From: Acidobacteriota bacterium
GTDB taxonomy: Bacteria; Acidobacteriota; Aminicenantia; UBA2199
NCBI GenBank assembly: GCA_018897435.1
Contig: JAHIKI010000030.1
Coordinates: 9,447 to 73,446, forward strand
Reading direction: 5' to 3'
Length of the DNA stretch: 64,000 nucleotides
Shown in pieces: positions 9,971 to 18,633 of this stretch. Positions within the stretch are counted from its first letter, which is position 1; the number at the start of each line of letters is the position of its first letter. Under the pieces are notes generated by a model. The model was not told the DNA's origin and made no database searches. It saw nothing but the letters and a program-made list of their open reading frames with translations. Made by a program: the position numbers and the translations under genes.

Positions 9971-10336
9971 ATGAATGGACAGCGCGGGAAAATAACTTTT
10001 ATGGATCTGATCGTATTTTTAATCCTGGTTCTTGGCGGCTTCATGGCATTCAAGTTCATCGCCACCGCTATTGAAAAAAAGCAGATAAAAAAGGAAGTGT
10101 TCGATACACTGGGAAGCATGCGCGGCGGTGAAATGGAAAGTTCCCGGATCCAGGCGGCAATCGAGCGCCTTCTGGAAAAGAAAAAAATTGAAATTCTCGA
10201 AGTTAACGCGGAATTGGATAATAACAAAGGCATGATTTATTTTTCTTATAAATACAAGATCGATACCAATTACCTGCTGTTCCGGCGCAGCGAGATAATT
10301 GAAGTTGTAGATGAAATGGCCAGCTATGGAATATGA
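9971..10336 (+). CDS. small single-pass membrane protein, hypothetical
   Basis: The ORF is 121 aa, with one hydrophobic helix (FMDLIVFLILVLGGFMAFKFI) and a GGGGGG SD-like run upstream. I recognise no family. Confidence 0.5.
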   Translation: MNGQRGKITFMDLIVFLILVLGGFMAFKFIATAIEKKQIKKEVFDTLGSMRGGEMESSRIQAAIERLLEKKKIEILEVNAELDNNKGMIYFSYKYKIDTNYLLFRRSEIIEVVDEMASYGI

Positions 10337-11375
10337 ATCAAACCGCGGTTCTTTATTTCTGAAGGTTTTTTTTGCCTTTATAGCCGCTGTTTTTTTTATT
10401 TATATCCTCAGGGAATTGCGCATGATTTTTATTCCATTTTTCATCGCGCTGTTACTTTATTTCATGCTGAAGGAAAGCGTGCAAAAACTGGAGGCGTGGA
10501 AAATTCCCAAACCCCTGATCATGATCGGCCTGCTGCTCGTTATTTTCATCTGCCTCTCCCTGTTCGGCCTTCTTTTATTCATCGGCGTTTCTTCCTTTAT
10601 TGACAATTTCCCGGCCTATAGCGAAAACATCACCCGGGTGGTCAAGAGCGTGCTGCCTTCCCTCAAGCTGCCGATCCTCGATGTGGAGCAGTACATAGCC
10701 AACTTCGATTGGGACAAGATTTTCAATCCCGGACAGATCACGGCTCTGGTTTCGGGGACCATGGGAAATTTCACGAGCTTTATCGGCAACCTGCTTCTGG
10801 TCCTCCTGCTGCTGATGTTCATGCTGGGGGAGAAGGTGCCGATGATCGCCCGTATCGCCCGTACCCTATCCAAAGAGCGGGGGGAGGAATTGCAGCGTAT
10901 CGTGGCTGCCATTGACACCAGGATCCAGCATTACTTGTTCATCAAAACCATGTTAAGCCTGATCACTGCCATACTGGCCGCGCTGATTCTGTTCGCGGGC
11001 CGGGTCGATTTCATCATTTTTGCCGCTCTGCTGGTTTTTTTTCTGAATTACATTCCTACTTTCGGCTCGCTGCTCAGTACGATCTTTCCGGTGCTGATCA
11101 CCTTTCTCCGCTACGGATTCTGCCTGCGCCTGGTGCTGGTTGCCGCCAGCCTGATGGTCATGCAGTTCGTCATGGGCAACGTCATCGAACCGCAGATCAT
11201 GGGCCGGAGCCTGAACCTTTCGCCGATTGTCATCCTCCTCTCCCTGATCTTCTGGGGCTGGCTGTGGGGCGTGGTCGGCATGTTTCTGGCCGTGCCCATC
11301 ACGTCGGCGCTGAAGATCATTTTTGAGAGCATCCCAACTCTAAAGCCGCTGGCCGCGGCCATGAGCGGGGAATAA
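10311..11375 (+). CDS. AI-2E family transporter (PerM/UPF0118)
   Basis: The protein is polytopic, with the family-typical C-terminal block GNVIEPQIMGRSLNLSPIVILLSLIFWGWLWGVVGMFLAVPITSALK. The start is uncertain (10311 or ATG 10326). Confidence 0.85.
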   Translation: MKWPAMEYESNRGSLFLKVFFAFIAAVFFIYILRELRMIFIPFFIALLLYFMLKESVQKLEAWKIPKPLIMIGLLLVIFICLSLFGLLLFIGVSSFIDNFPAYSENITRVVKSVLPSLKLPILDVEQYIANFDWDKIFNPGQITALVSGTMGNFTSFIGNLLLVLLLLMFMLGEKVPMIARIARTLSKERGEELQRIVAAIDTRIQHYLFIKTMLSLITAILAALILFAGRVDFIIFAALLVFFLNYIPTFGSLLSTIFPVLITFLRYGFCLRLVLVAASLMVMQFVMGNVIEPQIMGRSLNLSPIVILLSLIFWGWLWGVVGMFLAVPITSALKIIFESIPTLKPLAAAMSGE

Positions 11376-11417
11376 GCTTGAAATTTTTTTTTAGCGCTTG
11401 ATTTTAATTTGTCATTT
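11271..11417. repeat. direct repeat copy 1 (last 34 codons and stop of the AI-2E transporter plus ~42 nt of downstream spacer)
   Basis: Manual alignment with 12069-12214. The 105-nt coding part differs at 5 positions. The non-coding tail carries several mismatches and indels. Confidence 0.9.
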
Positions 11418-11444
11418 AGTATATTGCTTGGATAGGAGGAACGA

Positions 11445-11966
11445 ATGAAAAAAATCTCTCTCATTTTACTGTCCGTGATGTTGCTGACGACCTTCGGTTT
11501 TTCGGCAGCCAAGAAATATGCGGAAAAACCGGAAATGCAGGTTTTCGGCGACGTGGGTCTGGCCGTTTCCGATTTTGAAGGTTTGTTCATCGATGCCGGT
11601 TTCCAGTATGGTTTCACGCCCAAATTGTTCGCCGAATTCCTGTTCGAGTATTACTTCAGCCCGGCCGGTTCCGGCATGGATTCCAGCGCCTGGGGCCTGA
11701 ACTTGAACGGTGTGTACAAGCACGGTCTATCCGACGGGCTCAACCTGTTCGGCAAGGCCGGCATATGCCTGATCCATACCAGCGTTACCTATATGGGATT
11801 TTCAGCCGGGAATTCGGATATTGGCTTCAACGCCGGCGGCGGTCTCGAATATGCGTTGAATGAAACGATGGGTCTGCGCGGCGGAGCCACTTTCAAAATC
11901 TCTTTTGCCGAAGGCGAGACCGGGACCTTTTTCAAGCTCTACGCTGGATTTTATTACGGTTTGTAA
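11445..11966 (+). CDS. small outer-membrane beta-barrel protein (paralog 1)
   Basis: The signal peptide is MKKISLILLSVMLLTTFGFSA. The rest shows an alternating aromatic/Gly-rich strand pattern (GFQYGF, FLFEYYF, AGFYYGL). A GGAGGA SD lies upstream. Confidence 0.6.
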   Translation: MKKISLILLSVMLLTTFGFSAAKKYAEKPEMQVFGDVGLAVSDFEGLFIDAGFQYGFTPKLFAEFLFEYYFSPAGSGMDSSAWGLNLNGVYKHGLSDGLNLFGKAGICLIHTSVTYMGFSAGNSDIGFNAGGGLEYALNETMGLRGGATFKISFAEGETGTFFKLYAGFYYGL

Positions 11967-11990
11967 TTTCTTAAATCAGGATTTTCTCTA

Positions 11991-12022
11991 GGAGGGGAGA
12001 TCCATCTCTCCTCTTTTTTTTT
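11991..12022 (+). terminator. Rho-independent terminator candidate after OMP paralog 1
   Basis: GGGGAGAT/ATCTCTCC forms a stem (7-8 bp, one G-U pair) with a short loop, followed by a run of 10 T residues (12013-12022). Confidence 0.55.
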
Positions 12023-12068
12023 AGCGCAATTCTTGAAGATGGCGCCGTGTTTACAGTGAAAACTCCAT

Positions 12069-12173
12069 GTGGTCGGCATGTTTCTGGCCGTACCCATCAC
12101 GTCAGCGCTGAAGATCATTTTTGAGAGCATCCCCACGCTGAAGCCGCTGGCCGCGGCCATGAGCGGGGAATAA
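12069..12173 (+). pseudogene. detached 3' fragment of an AI-2E transporter gene (34 codons plus stop)
   Basis: It translates to VVGMFLAVPITSALKIIFESIPTLKPLAAAMSGE*, identical to the C-terminus of the 10311-11375 product. An in-frame TGA lies at 12057-12059 and there is no SD, so the fragment is unlikely to be expressed on its own. Confidence 0.8.
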
Positions 12174-12214
12174 GCTTGAAAATATTTTTAACGCTTGATT
12201 TTTGGTTTTCATTT
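12069..12214. repeat. direct repeat copy 2
   Basis: See 11271-11417. The two copies have the same orientation and lie 798 bp apart, flanking OMP paralog 1. Confidence 0.9.
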
Positions 12215-12242
12215 GTCCCCATTAAATATAATACTATTCTGG

Positions 12243-12271
12243 TTGACTTTATAATTTTGCTGTGTCATAAT
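12243..12271 (+). promoter_or_regulatory. sigma70-type promoter candidate for OMP paralog 2
   Basis: TTGACT (12243-12248), a 17-nt spacer, then CATAAT (12266-12271). The AGGAGA SD and ATG 12289 follow. Confidence 0.35.
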
Positions 12272-12288
12272 TGATTTCAGGAGAAAAA

Positions 12289-12810
12289 ATGAAATTAAGT
12301 AAAATCATGCTGGTTTTGGTTGTTATGATTGTTGGTTCTTCTCTGCTCCTTTCGGCGGCTCCCAAGCGTGGCAAAAAATATGCTGAACTGACATTTAACA
12401 AAGGAGACATGTTCCTTACCCCACAAATCGGTTTCAATTCCTGGGCGATTCCCTTTGGCGTTAATTTTGAGTATGCCATGACTGAAAATATCGGCGTCGG
12501 CGGCACGGTCATGTTGTGGTTCTGGAGTGACGCAGGGTTTTCCGCCACCGGCATTATTCCATCGGCTGAAGCGGCCTACCATTTTACCCAGCTGGAAGTC
12601 GATAAACTCGATCTTTCAGCCGGCGGCGGTCTCGGTTTCTTTATTTATTCTTCTACCGGTGGAGGCGGTACGGGTGGCATCTATCCTTATATCTTTTTTA
12701 ACGGTCGTTACTTTTTTAAGCCCAATATGGCAGTCAACCTGCGCGTCCCGATCGCTTTTGGTACCTGGGGCCAAGCCGGTGCTTGCATTGGTGTGACATT
12801 TAGAATCTAA
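12289..12810 (+). CDS. small outer-membrane beta-barrel protein (paralog 2)
   Basis: An AGGAGA SD precedes ATG 12289. The signal peptide is MKLSKIMLVLVVMIVGSSLLLSA. It shares the post-signal KKYAE motif with paralog 1. The strands are Gly/aromatic-rich. Confidence 0.55.
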   Translation: MKLSKIMLVLVVMIVGSSLLLSAAPKRGKKYAELTFNKGDMFLTPQIGFNSWAIPFGVNFEYAMTENIGVGGTVMLWFWSDAGFSATGIIPSAEAAYHFTQLEVDKLDLSAGGGLGFFIYSSTGGGGTGGIYPYIFFNGRYFFKPNMAVNLRVPIAFGTWGQAGACIGVTFRI

Positions 12811-12830
12811 TCTATCCCGGATTATCAAGC

Positions 12831-12865
12831 AAAGGGGATTTGCTGGCGAATCCCCTTTTTTTTTA
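12831..12865 (+). terminator. Rho-independent terminator
   Basis: AAAGGGGATT (12831-12840) pairs perfectly with AATCCCCTTT (12849-12858) across an 8-nt loop, followed by a T-run. Confidence 0.7.
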
Positions 12866-12940
12866 AAACAATTATCCTGGTGGGAAAAATTAAAATAAAA
12901 AATATTTATTGAAAAAAAATAAATGGCGAGGCTGATTTAA

Positions 12941-13678
12941 TTATCTGAATTCGGGCAGATAGCGGCGCGATTGCAGCGAAAATTCCCCGTGGTATTCGAT
13001 CTTGCTTACCATGATGCGAATCAGCGGCGCCGGAGCGAAGCTGCCGTCCCAGGTTCTTGGATCGTCAGGAGCATGGGTTGCGGTCCAATGAATATAAGTC
13101 AATTCTTCTTGAGATAGCGATTGGCGTTCATTGGTTTTGCAGGCGGGACACAGCAGCCCGCGGTAGTCGTTGCGCAGCCAGGCACGGACAAAGTCACGAC
13201 TTGCGCAGTTCGAGCAGCGGTTGGTGTTGAACAGCAGCCCCTCGCCGCGCAGGAGCCAGACTAAAAAATAGAGCAGCAGCCAATCCATGGCCAGCTTTTT
13301 TTCACGGCCCCGTAATATGGCCGATAGCAATTTGTATATCCTGGTGTCGCAGTGATTAAGCGGGATGAATTTTATCACGATTTCCGCCATCAGGTAGAAA
13401 TAAAAGACATTTTCCGCCGCCGACACCACCGGGAAAAAACTTTTTATTATTTCTCCCTTGTTTAGGGTGACCAATTCTTTATCTTCGTGCCAATAATAAT
13501 TGAATTCCCCTTCGCTGAACAATTCCAGAAGCGAGCCGAAACGGTTCTTGAATTTCGCGGCTCCCGGAGCCACGGCTTTCAGCAGGCCGCGGTCGGCGGT
13601 CAGCATGGTGACCAGTTTGTCCTGTTCATTCAGAGGTGAACTGGACAAAACCAGGGCAAGTGTCGATGCCTGGGGCAT
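12941..13678 (-). CDS. recO: DNA repair protein RecO
   Basis: The N-terminal OB-fold pattern (LVLSSSPLNEQDKLVTMLTADRGLLKAVAPGA.KFKNRFG) and the Cys4 zinc motif (CSNC...CPAC) are typical of RecO. Confidence 0.8.
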   Translation of the reverse strand: MPQASTLALVLSSSPLNEQDKLVTMLTADRGLLKAVAPGAAKFKNRFGSLLELFSEGEFNYYWHEDKELVTLNKGEIIKSFFPVVSAAENVFYFYLMAEIVIKFIPLNHCDTRIYKLLSAILRGREKKLAMDWLLLYFLVWLLRGEGLLFNTNRCSNCASRDFVRAWLRNDYRGLLCPACKTNERQSLSQEELTYIHWTATHAPDDPRTWDGSFAPAPLIRIMVSKIEYHGEFSLQSRRYLPEFR

Positions 13679-13721
13679 TTTTCAGTTGGCAGCGCCGGGC
13701 CGGGTGATCTTCATCCCCACG

Positions 13722-14426
13722 TTAATAAGGCTGCGGGGAGAAAAATAAGGCCTTGAGCGCGAAATACAGGAAATAAAGACTGAAGGCGATCAGAACATAT
13801 CCAAGAATCCTGACGATTTTTGTGATACGCTGGGGAGAGAAAAGGGATTTCATCCTGTTGGTGATGAAAATGATCAGGGTGAAATAGGAGAAAGCTCCGA
13901 GAATGACGATAAGCATGAAAAAGATCTCATAGCTGAGTTCAAGGGGGATGTATATTTTTAATTTCTTCATGAATGAAAGGGCGATCATCCATGAGGCAAT
14001 GCCCAGCGGATTGATCAACACCATGGTCAGGCCCTTGACGAAAGCCCAGCGCTTTCTTTTTATCTTTTGCGCCATGGCTTCTTCACGCTTTTCGATCTTT
14101 TCAAGGAAACGGGCATCTTTGAGAGTAAGCATGCCCAGGATAAATGTAATGGCCGCGGTGATCAACAGGAAGATGCCTTCGACGCTTAAATTGTAACCGT
14201 TGCTTAAATTGTAGCTGTTTTTCAAGAAGGGAGTGATGCCGAAAAAGGCGGCCAGGGCCCAAATGGCATCGCCGAGCGCAGCACCCAAAGCGATGCTTAA
14301 GGCCTGAGCAGGATGCTTTTTTATGGCGCTTTGAAAAACCTCCAAGTTGACCGGGCCGATGGGGATGCAAAGAAAAAAACCAATGAAGAAGCAACCAACG
14401 TAGAAAAGCAGATAAGTCAGCCACAT
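13722..14426 (-). CDS. LysE/RhtB-type amino-acid exporter family protein
   Basis: The product is a six-helix membrane protein. Its N-terminal motif IPIGPVNLEVFQ and the segment GAALGDAIWA are characteristic of the LysE superfamily. Confidence 0.7.
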   Translation of the reverse strand: MWLTYLLFYVGCFFIGFFLCIPIGPVNLEVFQSAIKKHPAQALSIALGAALGDAIWALAAFFGITPFLKNSYNLSNGYNLSVEGIFLLITAAITFILGMLTLKDARFLEKIEKREEAMAQKIKRKRWAFVKGLTMVLINPLGIASWMIALSFMKKLKIYIPLELSYEIFFMLIVILGAFSYFTLIIFITNRMKSLFSPQRITKIVRILGYVLIAFSLYFLYFALKALFFSPQPY

Positions 14427-14559
14427 TTCTGTAATTGTAACTGATAAAGGAAAAAAAAGTCAAATCAATGTACAAATAATTTTCTCTAATCTTTTTCCCC
14501 TGGTTTTTAAGGAAAGATTTAAAAAAATCGGCTATCGGGATCAATAATATTGTTCTTGT

Positions 14560-16482
14560 TCAGAAAATTATAAACAGGATCCGAAATAAATAGGCTGAAA
14601 TCGATGCCACAGCGACGCTCAAAATTGCTGAGGCGCTTGCGGTTTTCCAGCCGAATTCCCTGCCCATGACCACGAAGGTGGTAAAACAGGGGAAATAAAG
14701 CGTCACAAAAACCAGGAAGACCACGGCCTGGCCGATGGTCAGTGGCAGGAGTGCCAATGAAGCGGCGCCGAGGGCCTGTTTGACCATGACCACGATCAAT
14801 TCCTTGCGGAAAAACCCAAAGATCAATGTCGTCCCCAATTGGGCCGGTAGGCCCAGGACCCCATTGAGCAATGGAGCGAAAAAACTGTCTATCCAGGCGC
14901 TGATGTTCAGGCTGCCCAGCCAGGACATGGCCGCGCTGCCTAGCAGCAGCAGGGGGACAACGGTGACGGCGAATTCCTTCAGCTTGCGGCCGGTATTGGC
15001 CAGGGCGTTGCGCAGGGAGGGAACTTTAAGATCGGGGATTTCCATGATCAGTCCGCCGGGTTTTTCCAGGAACAGGGAAATGGTTTTGCCGGTAACGGCG
15101 ATCACCAAAAGAACAAAGAAATAGATCACCAAAGCCCAGACCGGACCGGTCAGCGCCGCGGTCAGGGAGAAAATAACGGCGTTGCGGGCCGAACAGGGGA
15201 TAAACGGCAGCAGTAAGGCGCTTAGAACCCGGTCGCGCTTGTTTTCCAATATGCGGGTGGCGTAAAGGGCCGGGGCGGTGCAGCCGAAGCCGAGGATGAA
15301 AGCAGCCACCGATTTGCCGTGCAGGCCGATACGGTGCAGCAGGCCGTCGAGCAGAAAGGCGATGCGCGACAGGTAACCGCTGTCTTCAAAAATGGCGTTC
15401 AGGAAAATAAGCGGTAAAAAATAAGGGAGCACCACGCCCAATGACCCGGCCAAACCCTGCCACAGGCCGTCGGCGGTAAGCCAGAGAAAAGCGGATGTCT
15501 TTTGCAGGGGGACGAGCAGGGGCGGGATCCGGTTCAGCAGCGGGTCAAGCCAGCCACTGAGGAGGTTGCCCACGAAAAAGATGGCGGTATAAAATACCAG
15601 GAAATAGGCGAGCAGGAAAGAACGGCCGAATAGCGGGTGGAGAAAAAATCTGTCCAGGCGGTCATGCAGATGAATGGTTTTACGGGGGACGAATTCGCAG
15701 ATCTCCTCACTCCATTTCATGGCCAGATGGTGTCTTTCATAAGCCACGGATTCAAAACAGTCGCGCTGGTGATAATCCCGGATCTGGGCGCAAGCGGCAG
15801 CACTATCAGCAGCAAGAGCCTGGCGAATACCCTGCGGGACCATGGCCGGATTTTCAATGGACTTAATGGCGTAGAAGCGGCGGTTGCCGTTTTGCCCGTT
15901 TGCTGGTTCGGGCATGGCCGCGGCCAATTCTTGCACAAGGGTTTCGATATGGGCGGTATAGGGGAAAACCGCAAGGGGCGGCGGCCCTGCCTTCAGCAGG
16001 CGCGAACAGCGCTCCATGAGTTGCCGCACCCCTTTGCCGTGCAGGGCGGCAGTGGGGACAACCGGGACTCCCAAGGCTTTTTCCAGCTTTTCGTGGTCGA
16101 TCTTCAAACCCCGCTTTTCGGCTTCATCCTGCATATTCAAGGCGATGGCCATAGGCAGCCCCAGTTCCAGCAGTTCGCTGGTCAGTTCGAGGCTGCGTGC
16201 CAGCAGGGTGGAATCGACCACATTGACGATCAGATCGAACTTTTCGCCCAGCAGGTATGCCTGGGTAATTTTTTCAGCATCGTCGGTGGCGTTCAGGGAA
16301 TAGGTACCGGGGAGATCCAGCAGTTGGAAAAACCGACCTTCCAGCTGGATGGAACTTTGGGTGATTTTTACACTGGTGCCGGCAAAATTGGCGGCCGCGG
16401 CCTTGATGTCGGACAGAACATTGAATAAGGTGCTCTTGCCGGCATTGGGCTGTCCGACCAGAACGATCTTAAAGCTGGTCAT
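14560..16482 (-). CDS. feoB: ferrous iron transporter FeoB
   Basis: An N-terminal G-domain (VGQPNAGKSTLFN, DLPGTYSL) is followed by a polytopic permease. The gene overlaps feoA by 14 nt. Confidence 0.95.
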   Translation of the reverse strand: MTSFKIVLVGQPNAGKSTLFNVLSDIKAAAANFAGTSVKITQSSIQLEGRFFQLLDLPGTYSLNATDDAEKITQAYLLGEKFDLIVNVVDSTLLARSLELTSELLELGLPMAIALNMQDEAEKRGLKIDHEKLEKALGVPVVPTAALHGKGVRQLMERCSRLLKAGPPPLAVFPYTAHIETLVQELAAAMPEPANGQNGNRRFYAIKSIENPAMVPQGIRQALAADSAAACAQIRDYHQRDCFESVAYERHHLAMKWSEEICEFVPRKTIHLHDRLDRFFLHPLFGRSFLLAYFLVFYTAIFFVGNLLSGWLDPLLNRIPPLLVPLQKTSAFLWLTADGLWQGLAGSLGVVLPYFLPLIFLNAIFEDSGYLSRIAFLLDGLLHRIGLHGKSVAAFILGFGCTAPALYATRILENKRDRVLSALLLPFIPCSARNAVIFSLTAALTGPVWALVIYFFVLLVIAVTGKTISLFLEKPGGLIMEIPDLKVPSLRNALANTGRKLKEFAVTVVPLLLLGSAAMSWLGSLNISAWIDSFFAPLLNGVLGLPAQLGTTLIFGFFRKELIVVMVKQALGAASLALLPLTIGQAVVFLVFVTLYFPCFTTFVVMGREFGWKTASASAILSVAVASISAYLFRILFIIF

Positions 16483-16714
16483 CTCCGACCAGTATTTTAC
16501 TGGCCAGGCCCTGGCCGATGGCGATCTTGCTGGAACGGGTGGTCACATTCCTGATCAGCACGGGGCTCCAGCGTGAATGGTTAAGTTTGATGATGGCATC
16601 TCCCACGTGAATCCCCATGGCCAAAAGTTTTTTCCTGGCTTCCAGGCCTGATTTTATTTCAACGATTTTATGCGGAATGCCTCTGGGAACCAGATTAAGG
16701 GATAATGTTTTCAT
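16469..16714 (-). CDS. feoA: FeoA family iron-transport accessory protein
   Basis: The 81-aa product has an SH3-like FeoA pattern (..LLAMGIHVGDAIIKLN..PVLIR....IAIGQGLASKILV) and sits directly upstream of feoB. Confidence 0.85.
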   Translation of the reverse strand: MKTLSLNLVPRGIPHKIVEIKSGLEARKKLLAMGIHVGDAIIKLNHSRWSPVLIRNVTTRSSKIAIGQGLASKILVGDDQL

Positions 16715-16719
16715 TTGAT

Positions 16720-16748
16720 ATAATAAACCATTTTTTCAACCGAGTCAA
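16720..16748 (-). promoter_or_regulatory. sigma70-type promoter candidate placed for a leaderless feoA transcript
   Basis: On the minus strand: TTGACT (16748-16743), a 17-nt spacer, TATTAT (16725-16720), then only 5 nt (ATCAA) before the feoA ATG at 16714. No SD is present. Confidence 0.4.
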
Positions 16749-16817
16749 TTGCCCGGGGAATGAAAAATGCTTCAGCCCCTGGCTGGCGGTTAAGCCGGCA
16801 CTTGCCCGACAACTGAA

Positions 16818-16846
16818 TTGACTTTGATCGGGCCCTTTGCTAAAAT
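16818..16846 (+). promoter_or_regulatory. sigma70-type promoter candidate for the GT2/UXS genes
   Basis: TTGACT (16818-16823), a 17-nt spacer, then TAAAAT (16841-16846). Confidence 0.45.
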
Positions 16847-16882
16847 TGGCAAACGCGCCCGGAAAATCCGGATGAAAAAAAC

Positions 16883-17569
16883 ATGAAGCTGAGCATCATT
16901 ATTCCCGTGTTTAACGAGAAGAACACCATCGCCGCTGTCATTCAGGCCGTGCGCAACAGCCCGGTCGCGGAACAGGAGATTATCGTTGTCGATGATTTCT
17001 CCAGTGACGGAACTCGCGAACTGCTGTTGGCAATGAGCGGGCAGTACGATGAACTGGTATTGCAGGAAAAGAATCTGGGCAAGGGGGCGGCCATTCGCAG
17101 CGGTTTGCTCAAAGCCAGCGGCGACGTGGTCATTATCCAGGATGCCGACTTGGAATACGATCCAAGTGAATATGATATCTTGTTACAGCCGATCCTGAAG
17201 GGCAAGGCTGACGTGGTGTACGGGTCACGTTTCCTCGGAGCGGGAGCGCACCGGGTTTTGTATTTCTGGCACATGGTGGGCAACAAATTTTTAACAACGC
17301 TGTCAAATGTGTTCACCAATATCAATCTGACCGATATGGAAACCGGCTTCAAGATGTTTAAAAGGGAGATCATGGAGCGGATATCCATTGAGGAAAATCG
17401 CTTCGGCTTTGAGCCGGAAATCACTGCCAAGATCGCCAAGCTCAAGGTGCCGATCTATGAAGTCCCCATCTCGTATTACGGACGCACCTACGCCGAGGGG
17501 AAAAAGATCAATTGGCAGGACGGCCTGTGGGCAATTTTTGCCATCATCAAATACAACCTGTTCCGCTGA
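16883..17569 (+). CDS. family 2 glycosyltransferase (polyprenol-phosphate sugar transferase-like)
   Basis: [20 protein letters not shown] and the DxD motif in [11 protein letters not shown] are typical of GT2 / Dpm1-like enzymes. Confidence 0.85.
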   Translation: MKLSIIIPVFNEKNTIAAVIQAVRNSPVAEQEIIVVDDFSSDGTRELLLAMSGQYDELVLQEKNLGKGAAIRSGLLKASGDVVIIQDADLEYDPSEYDILLQPILKGKADVVYGSRFLGAGAHRVLYFWHMVGNKFLTTLSNVFTNINLTDMETGFKMFKREIMERISIEENRFGFEPEITAKIAKLKVPIYEVPISYYGRTYAEGKKINWQDGLWAIFAIIKYNLFR

Positions 17570-17643
17570 AAAGATTTAGGCTTGTAGGGCTGGCTTTTTT
17601 GGATTACAATATCATGGTACTGAAATGAGTCAGGGGGAAAAGC

Positions 17644-18582
17644 ATGATTGACCTGGTGACTGGAGCGGCCGGATTCCTCGGTTCGCATCTGTGCGATGCC
17701 CTGCTGGCCAAAGGGCATGAAGTGATCGGCCTGGACAATTTCTTTACCGGCAGCAAGGACAATATCCGCCATATGCTGGCCGACAGCCATTTTGAGATCA
17801 TCCGTCACGATGTCATCCATCCCATCCTGCTCGAAGCGGAGCGGATCTACAATTTTGCCTGCCCGGCTTCTCCTCTTCACTACCAGTTCAACCCGGTAAA
17901 AACCATTAAAACATCGGTCCTGGGTACCATCAACATGCTGGGGCTGGCCAAGCGGGTTAAGGCCCGCATCCTGCAGGCTTCGACATCGGAAGTGTACGGC
18001 GATCCCGAAGAGCATCCCCAAAAGGAATCGTACTGGGGCAGAGTGAATCCCATTGGCCCGCGTTCCTGTTACGATGAAGGGAAACGCGTGGCCGAATCGC
18101 TGCTTGTCAATTATCAGCAGCAGAACCATGTGGACATCCGCATCGTGCGGATCTTTAACACCTATGGTCCGCGCATGGCCCTTAACGATGGCCGGGTGAT
18201 CAGCAATTTCATCGTGCAGGCCCTGCGCGGAGAAGCGATCACCATTTTCGGCCGCGGCCAGCAAACCCGTTCATTTTGTTATGTTTCCGACCTGATCGAC
18301 GGAACCATGCGCATGATGGAACAGAATGAATTCAGCGGCCCGGTCAATCTGGGCAATCCCGAGGAGATCACGGTACTGGAACTGGCCGAGTTGGTTTTGC
18401 AGCTTACCGCTTCCAAATCAAAGATCGTGTTCCAGGCACTTCCGGTCGACGATCCGGTGCGGCGCAAGCCGGATATCTCCCTGGCCCGGGAAAAGCTTGA
18501 CTGGGAGATCAAAGTAGCATTGCGGGACGGTTTGCAGGAAACCATCGAGTATTTTAAAAAGACGCTGTTGGCCGGCAAATAA
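17644..18582 (+). CDS. UDP-glucuronate decarboxylase (UDP-xylose synthase-like SDR)
   Basis: Contains a [10 protein letters not shown] Rossmann motif, [12 protein letters not shown] and the catalytic YDEGKR (YxxxK). Overall it resembles the UXS/ArnA decarboxylase class. Confidence 0.8.
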   Translation: MIDLVTGAAGFLGSHLCDALLAKGHEVIGLDNFFTGSKDNIRHMLADSHFEIIRHDVIHPILLEAERIYNFACPASPLHYQFNPVKTIKTSVLGTINMLGLAKRVKARILQASTSEVYGDPEEHPQKESYWGRVNPIGPRSCYDEGKRVAESLLVNYQQQNHVDIRIVRIFNTYGPRMALNDGRVISNFIVQALRGEAITIFGRGQQTRSFCYVSDLIDGTMRMMEQNEFSGPVNLGNPEEITVLELAELVLQLTASKSKIVFQALPVDDPVRRKPDISLAREKLDWEIKVALRDGLQETIEYFKKTLLAGK

Positions 18583-18633
18583 TTGTGGGCTTTCGGCGCT
18601 GGTATTAGAAAAAAATATTAGGAGGTCCAGACC

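Noticed and set aside
12067-12173. The detached transporter fragment, considered as an expressed 31-35-aa mini-protein (GTG 12069 or ATG 12078).
   Set aside because: There is no SD or promoter immediately upstream, and it lies just after a terminator. The silent-substitution pattern is more simply explained by history inside a full-length gene. It is kept only as a low-probability alternative under the repeat finding.
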